Virus record (IMG/VR): IMGVR_UViG_3300045999_011735
Location: 50,997-114,996 of that record
Source of the DNA: a virus
Length of the DNA: 64,000 nt
Strand: one strand, 5' to 3'
Part shown: in pieces, positions 56,918 to 64,000 of the stretch
Position numbering within the stretch: the stretch's first letter is position 1
How the letters are laid out: each line of letters opens with the position of its first letter
Notes under the pieces: model-generated
Databases searched by the model: none
The model's input: only the letters and a program-made list of their open reading frames with translations
What the model was told of the DNA's origin: nothing
Program-made: the position numbers and the translations under genes

Positions 56918-57979
56918 TTAATAAGGTTCTGTGTGAGGCCATGCGTTGCGGTCCTCTAATATTTGTTTTAAATCTTTGTTTTTTTCAATAAAGTCTTCTT
57001 CACTATCACCAGGTATAAACTTAGTTCCTAATCCTGGAGCCCCTCCATTTAATGGGAGAAAATATCTATCTGTAAAATGAATTTGTCTGTTGTAAACAGT
57101 ATTAGGGAAATTCAATACTTTCATTTGTTGATAGACATTAGTAGTTGCTACAGGCATATAATCACATGTCATATATCCTCCACACTGTTGATGTTGTCTT
57201 AAAAATGTGTTTGAATGGAATAATCTAATAACTTCATTCCAGGTTTCAAAATACTTTTGTACTTTTTCTGGGGATTCGAAATGGTAGTATCTAAAAGGAC
57301 CTTCAGTTAAAGGTAATTCAGTAATTACTTGTGGTTTAACTACATTATCTGCTTTATATAATTCATGAAGAACAATAGAACATGCTTGTAAAGCACCAAA
57401 TGATTGTCCCATTCCCATAGCCATTGACCATACAAAGTCAAATGTACCTTTTTGTTGGTTGAATGTATCTTGTCTTATTCCTAACAATTCATAAACACAT
57501 CCCTTCATTGAATTTACAGGCGAATCAAATTCAGCCCAAAATTGTTCTTCAGTTAATTCACCACTTACTATTTTATCGTAACGTAATTTTACATCACCAT
57601 CCATGAATACAACTTTATTGTATCCTAATTTTGCAATAGTTGGAAATGAAAATCTGTGTAGTGAATATGAAAATAGTTTTCCCTTAGATAAAGATTCCAT
57701 GTATTCATCACCATATTGTTTTGGATCTGTAGTAACAGCTGGAATAAATTCTAATTCTTTAGACCATTCATATTCTTGTCTTGCTTCGTGTATATTTACA
57801 ATTGCTTTAATTTTACCCGTTTGTTCTGCAAATTCAGTAAAATCTTCAGGCATGTCAGTTAAAACAACATAATCCATCATGTTGTCATAACCCATTTCAA
57901 TTGCATCAAGAATATTTAATTTAACGCGCTTGCGATACGAAGGGCCAAAACCCCAAAGTGAAACAATTGGTTTATCCAT
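56918..57979 (-). CDS. putative GT-A glycosyltransferase
   Basis: VLTD, FMDGD (DxD); context. Confidence 0.6.
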   Translation of the reverse strand: MDKPIVSLWGFGPSYRKRVKLNILDAIEMGYDNMMDYVVLTDMPEDFTEFAEQTGKIKAIVNIHEARQEYEWSKELEFIPAVTTDPKQYGDEYMESLSKGKLFSYSLHRFSFPTIAKLGYNKVVFMDGDVKLRYDKIVSGELTEEQFWAEFDSPVNSMKGCVYELLGIRQDTFNQQKGTFDFVWSMAMGMGQSFGALQACSIVLHELYKADNVVKPQVITELPLTEGPFRYYHFESPEKVQKYFETWNEVIRLFHSNTFLRQHQQCGGYMTCDYMPVATTNVYQQMKVLNFPNTVYNRQIHFTDRYFLPLNGGAPGLGTKFIPGDSEEDFIEKNKDLKQILEDRNAWPHTEPY

Positions 57980-57982
57980 AAC

Positions 57983-58921
57983 TTATTCTAATATTGTTGG
58001 GTCAAAAACTTTAAAAAATTCGTCTACTATTTTATTCGGTAATAAATATTTGTCATAGTAATCTATATTATTTCTAGATATAGACATTAACAAATCATCA
58101 TTATTGATGTTTTTCTCTACACTATCAATAAAATATTCTGCTATTCTTTCTAATGGTATCCCTGGGTATATCATAAAAGCTAAATCAGAAGGAGGAGTAG
58201 CAGCTATGTAATTTTGTCCAGGATATAATCCTTTATACATAGGTGTTAATGCTTCTGATCGGATAATGGGAATACCTAGCCCCATTGATTCAAAATCTCT
58301 AACACACCATTCTCCAGCTCCATTTAAGGATAATGTAAGAGCATATTCATTCATTTTTTGAAAATATGTTTCTCTAAAATACCCATCTTCTCTTCCATAA
58401 ACATCAAATAAAGGATGTTTACGTAATATATCAGCTACTACTCGTCTAGATTCATATAAACCCCCTATAAAACATGCTTTACGTATTTTTTTAGTTGGAT
58501 CATATGGCTCTCTAAATTGTTTAATGTAGTCGTAAATATAATAAAATTCTAATGGATATAAAAATGGAGTAAATTTAGCATTATACTTTTCCATTATTTG
58601 TTCTGGGGTCATATAAACACCTAATCCTCCAATTATATGAACAATATCAAACATTTCCCATCCTTCATGCCTAAGCATTTCTAATGTTCTATCCCAAAAA
58701 CTTACTAATGTTGTTTTTCTATTAGCATCATTAGTAATCTTCATAGCTGCTGTTCCTGAACGTGTAGATGGTCCTTGAGATATAGGGAACAGTTCTTGTA
58801 CGTTTACTGCTTTTTTAGTTATATTAGGGTAGTGAAGATTCAGTTCAAGAAATATTCTATCAAATACATACTGAAATCCTTGATTTCCCATTCCAAAAGG
58901 GTATTCTACTATTAAGTGCAT
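57983..58921 (-). CDS. putative GT-B/exostosin-like glycosyltransferase
   Basis: FIGG...R, LSLNGAG..CVRDFESMGLG. Confidence 0.7.
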   Translation of the reverse strand: MHLIVEYPFGMGNQGFQYVFDRIFLELNLHYPNITKKAVNVQELFPISQGPSTRSGTAAMKITNDANRKTTLVSFWDRTLEMLRHEGWEMFDIVHIIGGLGVYMTPEQIMEKYNAKFTPFLYPLEFYYIYDYIKQFREPYDPTKKIRKACFIGGLYESRRVVADILRKHPLFDVYGREDGYFRETYFQKMNEYALTLSLNGAGEWCVRDFESMGLGIPIIRSEALTPMYKGLYPGQNYIAATPPSDLAFMIYPGIPLERIAEYFIDSVEKNINNDDLLMSISRNNIDYYDKYLLPNKIVDEFFKVFDPTILE

Positions 58922-60213
58922 TACTGGGGTTTGTAAGTATAGTTAACTAGTCCTTCAATTCGTTCAGCCCATCCTTGAGATTTACTATGTGCCCAAATAA
59001 CCCAACGATGTGGAATTTTATCAGTTAAGAAGAATTTTTCTTCATTATACCATCCTGGTGATAACATTATATTTTTTATTTGGTGTTCTTGATAATCTTC
59101 TCTCCATATTTCCTTTCCCTCTGCATCATCAAAAGCACAAACCCAAAAATCATAGTCATCATGTTTAAATTGAGCTTTATCAAATTGAACTAAATGATAA
59201 AATGAAAACATAAATGAGTTTTCCCATTCTTCATCATTTTCAATTACAGGATTAGGAGGATATTTGTTATCATAAGTATAACGTTGTACTGAACGCTTTT
59301 TAAAATGAATACCAGCATACTTCTCATAGTCGCGAAGTGTACGCTCAGTTCCTAAATCGTATCCTGTTAAATCAAACCCATTATCTTCTGTGCGTAGTAA
59401 TTGTCTAATTTTAGATCTAGCAATAGTTTGTTGTGACCACCAATCTTCACCTCGTTTATGTTGATCATCCCAAATTAATATGTTGCTTCTTTCTTCACGC
59501 ATCGTAGCATGCCATACTACTAATTTGTGAGGATGGAAGAAATCATATCCGTGAGTATAAGAACGTACTGTTAAATTAAGTTCTTCACCACTAAAGTAAA
59601 TATCTTGGTCATGTAAAATTGTTTTTCCCCAATGTCCATCTGCAAAGCAAAAATGGCCTGATAAGAATCTTGATGGTGCTGGTTCAGTCATATTCTGCCA
59701 TCCATGTAATAATGAAGGGCGAATGAATATAGTACCATGCGGATAAAAGCAAGCAAATGTTTGTTGCCAAGGCTCCATTGTTCTATCAGCAGGGTCATTA
59801 AACGGGTTATAATAAGGTAAATATGCCGCTAAAATCGGTTTTTTAACACCTTTAGCTTTAAGTTGGTCATGCATTTCAATTAATGTAACATCCCAACCTT
59901 CAGCAAATCTATGGTGTGAATCAAGTTGACAGATATATTCTTCATCTTTCAACATTGTATTAATTTGGTAGCGAGCATAAGGCAATCCTTTGGCTTCAGT
60001 ATAATGAATATCCATTATTCTAAAACGAGGATCATCTCTAAATTCATCTACATTATCAAACCCATCTTCAGGATTAAATTGTCTACAAATACCAAATACT
60101 AATCTATTAGGATAAGTAGCGTTTTCAAGTGCTGATTTAATAGTAGGAACCAATTCTGGTTCTCTATAGGCAGGTAAATGGATAAAAATTTTTCTTGAGT
60201 TTGCTTTTTTCAT
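58921..60213 (-). CDS. GT60/Gnt1-like protein GlcNAc-transferase
   Basis: IFIHLPAYREPEL, QLDSHHRF, GEE..L.VR.YTHGYD, LGTERTL. Confidence 0.85.
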   Translation of the reverse strand: MKKANSRKIFIHLPAYREPELVPTIKSALENATYPNRLVFGICRQFNPEDGFDNVDEFRDDPRFRIMDIHYTEAKGLPYARYQINTMLKDEEYICQLDSHHRFAEGWDVTLIEMHDQLKAKGVKKPILAAYLPYYNPFNDPADRTMEPWQQTFACFYPHGTIFIRPSLLHGWQNMTEPAPSRFLSGHFCFADGHWGKTILHDQDIYFSGEELNLTVRSYTHGYDFFHPHKLVVWHATMREERSNILIWDDQHKRGEDWWSQQTIARSKIRQLLRTEDNGFDLTGYDLGTERTLRDYEKYAGIHFKKRSVQRYTYDNKYPPNPVIENDEEWENSFMFSFYHLVQFDKAQFKHDDYDFWVCAFDDAEGKEIWREDYQEHQIKNIMLSPGWYNEEKFFLTDKIPHRWVIWAHSKSQGWAERIEGLVNYTYKPQ

Positions 60214-61496
60214 TATCTAGGTATTTCTTGTTCAATAATTTCAGTATTCCAGTCTTTAGATACACTATGAGGCCATAGTTTCCAACTATGAGGCATTTCA
60301 TCACATTCAAATGTTCTCCAAATGTGATAGAAATGATCATCTTTAGGAGATGAAGCTATAATATCTTTAACTTCACTTTCACTAGCATCCATTCTATTAA
60401 TTTCATTACCATTTTTGTCTTTAAAGGCAATCACCCAACAATCATAATCGTTTTCAGGTAAAGATCCTTTATAAACATCTATACAGTATTTAAATCTTTT
60501 TACATAATTATCTTCCCATTCTTTTTCATTTTTGAATGGTATAGGAAGCATTTTTTGTTCTGCTGTATGTTTTTGTACTCGTTTTCCTTTAAAATCTACT
60601 CCAACGTGACGTTCAAATTCAGATAATGGACGTTCTTTACCTAAATCAAACCCTACAAAATCAAGTCCTTCTCTACTTTCATCATCTATTCCAAATAATG
60701 CTCTATATTTTCTAAATGAAAATTTATCTAAAGGAGAAAATTGATGATCATCCCAATGTCGTTGTTTTCCTTGCCTTGTATACTCATGCCAAATTATTGG
60801 TTTATGAGGATGGAATAAATCATATCCGTGTGTAAATGCTCTAGCAGATATTGATGTTTCTTCTCCATGAAAGTAAAAATCAGGATCATGTGGTACATCA
60901 TGTACAAATGATCCTAAAGTAAAACCAAAGTGTCCTGAATAAAATCTTGCTGGGATGGGTTCAGTGTGTTTTTGCCAATTGTCAACATGACAAGGAACAA
61001 TGAATATAGGACCTTCAGGCATAAATCTATCATAATTAGTATGCCATACTTCTATATTACGTCCATCAGGATCATTATTTGGAAAGTATCCAGGTAAATA
61101 AGCGGTTAGTAGTGGTTTTTTATGGCCTTTCTTTTGAAGACCTTTTAACATATCAATTAGTGTTTCATCCCAGTTTTTAGTAAAACGGTGATGTGAATCT
61201 AATTGTAATGTGTATGTTTCACCATTATAATATCTTTGCAATCTGTTTCGAGCCCAACAAACGCCTTTAGCATCTTTGTAGTGAATATCTATAATTTTAA
61301 AACGAGGATCATCTAAATATTCAGTTAAGTGATCCCATTCGTCTTCTTTAGCATGTTGCCATGCAATGCATATTCTAAGATTCTCAGGCCATTTTGCATT
61401 ATCAAGCATGTCCTTAATTGTAGGACGTAATTCGGGATCTCGATATGAAGCTATTTGGACGAATATTGTTTCGTCGTGAGTTTTTTTTCTTGCCAT
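60213..61496 (-). CDS. GT60/Gnt1-like protein GlcNAc-transferase (paralog)
   Basis: TIFVQIASYRDPEL, GVCWAR, QLDSHHRF, GEETSISARAFTHGYD. Confidence 0.88.
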   Translation of the reverse strand: MARKKTHDETIFVQIASYRDPELRPTIKDMLDNAKWPENLRICIAWQHAKEDEWDHLTEYLDDPRFKIIDIHYKDAKGVCWARNRLQRYYNGETYTLQLDSHHRFTKNWDETLIDMLKGLQKKGHKKPLLTAYLPGYFPNNDPDGRNIEVWHTNYDRFMPEGPIFIVPCHVDNWQKHTEPIPARFYSGHFGFTLGSFVHDVPHDPDFYFHGEETSISARAFTHGYDLFHPHKPIIWHEYTRQGKQRHWDDHQFSPLDKFSFRKYRALFGIDDESREGLDFVGFDLGKERPLSEFERHVGVDFKGKRVQKHTAEQKMLPIPFKNEKEWEDNYVKRFKYCIDVYKGSLPENDYDCWVIAFKDKNGNEINRMDASESEVKDIIASSPKDDHFYHIWRTFECDEMPHSWKLWPHSVSKDWNTEIIEQEIPR

Positions 61497-61554
61497 AACA
61501 ATTTATACAACAATTATTTGCTATACATATATACTAAGATGAAAATAAATATAA

Positions 61555-61576
61555 GGGGGACCTTTTGGGTCCCCCA
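61555..61576. terminator. GC hairpin after the fiber gene
   Basis: GGGGGACC-TTTTG-GGTCCCCC. Confidence 0.65.
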
Positions 61577-61604
61577 GTTTTTATTAAATCTTATGTAAAG
61601 TAAA

Positions 61605-63242
61605 TTACACTGTTCTTATCAAAACAAAACTTCCACTTCTATATAAACCACCAAGTGGCACACCACCAGTTGCAGCGGCAGCATCATCTACGAAATTAAG
61701 ACTTTGTGATACTGCAGTTAAAACTACAAAGCTAGAAGCAGCAAGAGATCCTGATATATCTAATGTGTAATTAGGTAATGATTTATTGATACCTACTTTA
61801 GCATTAGTCATTGAACCTGAAAAAGGATCCAGATTAAAAGGATCATAAGCATAAGATCCTGTTGCAAAAATTACACCACCTAAGTTAATAGAATCTCTTC
61901 TATTATTTTCTAAAGTAATGTTAGTTCCGATTATGATATTATTAGCTCCAATTCCAGCACCTGATACTCTTTTACCAGCTTGCCATCCTATTAAGTTTGA
62001 GAAAGAAGAGCTTGCTGCACCCTGTCCAGCACTACGTCCTATGAAATTGGACTGTTCTGCTAAAGTTGCTTGATCGCCAGCAAAATCTCCTATAAAATTT
62101 GATTGTTGAGCGTACGTTGCACCTTGTCCAGCTGCATTTCCAATAAAGTTTGAGGTACCAGCATTTGAAGCATTTTGACCAGCACTGGTTCCTATAAAGT
62201 TTGAACCAGCAGAACTTGCTGCATTTTGACCTGCTTGGCGTCCTATGAAGTTTGATTGTAGAGCATTTGTTGCACCATTACCAGCATTGTAACCTATAAG
62301 GTTTGCATAAGAAGCATTTGTTGCATTAAAACCAGCATAATATCCTGAGAAGTTTGAATAGGAAGCATTTGTAGCATATCCACCAGCTCCTTCTCCCATA
62401 AAAATAGAATCATTAGCAACCGGTGTATCTACTCCTGCTGTAGTGCCAAAAATAATTGAACCTGTTCTATTAAAATTGGTGCCAGCAAGAGGATTATTTG
62501 AGTATAAGGTAGAACCTAATACTGAGATTGGAACATTTAGTGCAAATGAAGCAGATCTTGCATTAGTAGCAAATGAAGCAGATGTAGCATTAGTAGCAAA
62601 TGAAGCAGATGTAGCATTAGTAGCAAATGAAGCAGATGTAGCATTAGTAGCAAATGAAGCTGTACCTTGAAGTGAACCTGTAATGCCACTAGTTACATCT
62701 AATGAACCTGTAATTTGGACTGAACCTAAAATATTAGTTCCATTATCTGCTACAATATCAATATGTTTAACTGAACCATAATTATCAACTTTAACATATG
62801 TTATATCATCACCAATAAATAATTGACCGCCACTTGCTGTGATATGTGTGTCGGTTGGTGATGTATTATATACTTGTAAATACCTAACATCATTTGCGTC
62901 AGGTTGTAAAATTAAACTTCCTGTTCCTTTAATTGTATTTGTTACAGTTATTGAACCACTTATCGTTTGATCACCTTTAAATGTATTTGAACCAGTTGTA
63001 GCGAAGCTACCTGTATTAATTGCTCCACCAGCATTTAATGCAAATGATGCAGTTAATGCATAAGAAGCACTTGTAGCATTATTAGCAAATGAAGCACTAA
63101 TAGATGAAGTTACTTGTGGTAAAGAACCTGCTAAATTAGCTATAGTAAGTTGAGAGGTTGTACCAGAAGCTACAATAGGTAGTACAGCATTATTAGCTGC
63201 TGAGGACGCTGAGGGTAATTGGGATATTTTTACGTCAGACAT
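61605..63242 (-). CDS. tail/capsid fiber or adhesin-like virion protein
   Basis: KISQLP N-terminus, ATNATSASF repeats, 14-aa SNFIG..AG beta-helix repeats, GGVPLGGLYR C-terminus. Confidence 0.8.
   Translation of the reverse strand: MSDVKISQLPSASSAANNAVLPIVASGTTSQLTIANLAGSLPQVTSSISASFANNATSASYALTASFALNAGGAINTGSFATTGSNTFKGDQTISGSITVTNTIKGTGSLILQPDANDVRYLQVYNTSPTDTHITASGGQLFIGDDITYVKVDNYGSVKHIDIVADNGTNILGSVQITGSLDVTSGITGSLQGTASFATNATSASFATNATSASFATNATSASFATNARSASFALNVPISVLGSTLYSNNPLAGTNFNRTGSIIFGTTAGVDTPVANDSIFMGEGAGGYATNASYSNFSGYYAGFNATNASYANLIGYNAGNGATNALQSNFIGRQAGQNAASSAGSNFIGTSAGQNASNAGTSNFIGNAAGQGATYAQQSNFIGDFAGDQATLAEQSNFIGRSAGQGAASSSFSNLIGWQAGKRVSGAGIGANNIIIGTNITLENNRRDSINLGGVIFATGSYAYDPFNLDPFSGSMTNAKVGINKSLPNYTLDISGSLAASSFVVLTAVSQSLNFVDDAAAATGGVPLGGLYRSGSFVLIRTV
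62542..62660 (-). repeat. 27-bp coding tandem repeat (ATNATSASF)
   Basis: GCATTAGTAGCAAATGAAGCAGATGTA three perfect copies plus partial flanks. Confidence 0.9.
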
Positions 63243-63246
63243 TTTG

Positions 63247-63516
63247 TTAAAGTATTATATTATTATTGTTTTCAGTAGTTAAACGATTGTCATTTTCTGT
63301 GGCTAAATATGAAGTAACACTTTCTTCTCCTGGAGGAAAATAAGGACCAGATGATGGTGATTGTGGAGGAACAGCACCTAAAACATTCAATCTTCTAGCT
63401 GCTCTTCCTGTTACTGCTTCTAAAAATACACTATTTGTATATTGTTTTGTATATACATTAGGTATTGATAGGTTTGATTGAGAATTTTGTAATCCTTGGT
63501 TTTTTCGTGTACTCAT
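63247..63516 (-). CDS. small virion-associated protein
   Basis: C-terminal LATENDNRLTTENNNNII motif; upstream of the fiber gene. Confidence 0.6.
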   Translation of the reverse strand: MSTRKNQGLQNSQSNLSIPNVYTKQYTNSVFLEAVTGRAARRLNVLGAVPPQSPSSGPYFPPGEESVTSYLATENDNRLTTENNNNIIL

Positions 63517-63599
63517 TTTTTATAGCGTTGCGTATAAATATGTAAAGTAAAATGCCCCTCGTTGTGAGGAGCATTAAAAATTAAAACTCTATTTGTAAA

Positions 63600-64000
63600 T
63601 TACAATGAATTACGTTGCTTATCGTTTTGCCACTGCCCATCATATTTTTCTGCAGGAGCACATTCGTGGAAGTAAATTTGTGCTACTCGAGCATTTTCTT
63701 CAATAAAGATTGGACAATGTACATACATCAACGTACCCATAAATTCAGTTTCGAATCCTGGATCAAATACAGGGCTATTGATAATAGCACCGTTACGATA
63801 CAATGATGAACGTTGTTTAATGAATGCTACTCTATTATCTGGTATTTTGCACCCTTCATTAAAGGTAATGTCGTATACACCTTCATATAGTAACCAACCT
63901 GTTACTCCATCTAGATTAATTAATCCATATGGTTCATAATTAGTAAGATGTGTTTTATCTTTTAATACTTTACCAACACGAAATCCTGCTAGATCTTTTT
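63600..64000 (-). CDS. dUTPase/dCTP deaminase, 5' end outside the window
   Basis: QRSSLYRNG..SPVFDPGF, RVAQIYF, YDGQWQ. Confidence 0.85.
   Translation of the reverse strand, partial: KDLAGFRVGKVLKDKTHLTNYEPYGLINLDGVTGWLLYEGVYDITFNEGCKIPDNRVAFIKQRSSLYRNGAIINSPVFDPGFETEFMGTLMYVHCPIFIEENARVAQIYFHECAPAEKYDGQWQNDKQRNSL

Noticed and set aside
62542-62660. 27-bp repeats as a CRISPR array
   Set aside because: No spacers; in-frame coding repeat
818-63806. Plus-strand ORFs in the track (for example 46744..47265, 34509..34838)
   Set aside because: Antisense shadows of well-supported minus-strand genes; no leaders or recognisable motifs
1-64000. Stop-codon recoding
   Set aside because: Conserved genes are full length in code 11; TAG and TGA serve as normal stops; no suppressor tRNA

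Overview
A 64-kb segment of a large, AT-rich, T4-like (myovirus-type) lytic phage genome. The host is most likely a Bacteroidota (Flavobacterium-like) bacterium, judged from about 30 TTTG-N19-21-TAnnTTTA promoters, SD-less A-rich leaders, bS21, DUF4494 and a Bacteroidota-style lipoprotein. Nearly all genes are on the minus strand and use genetic code 11. Layout from left to right: baseplate genes and a sigma-like factor (1-5 kb); a long array of small early genes, many with their own promoter, with several unusual non-coding elements (5.5-25 kb); a translation island (25.9-28.3 kb) with 6 normal tRNAs, an aberrant CCA-bearing tRNA-like RNA, an unknown structured RNA, a tmRNA with a long tag and bS21; glycan block 1 (30-44 kb); a replication/chaperone module (exonuclease, clamp loader, GroEL/GroES, clamp, PolB); glycan block 2 (53-61.5 kb: MTase-HtrL-GT fusion, carbamoyltransferase, two GT60/Gnt1-like protein GlcNAc-transferases); a Ser/Thr/Asn-rich fiber gene; and a partial dUTPase/dCTP deaminase. 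Best novelty candidates: a phage protein-glycosylation system with plausible acceptors, two anticodon-less tRNA mimics, a structured RNA between convergent promoters, and terminator-promoter hybrid cassette junctions. All functional calls come from motif recognition by eye; no searches were run.
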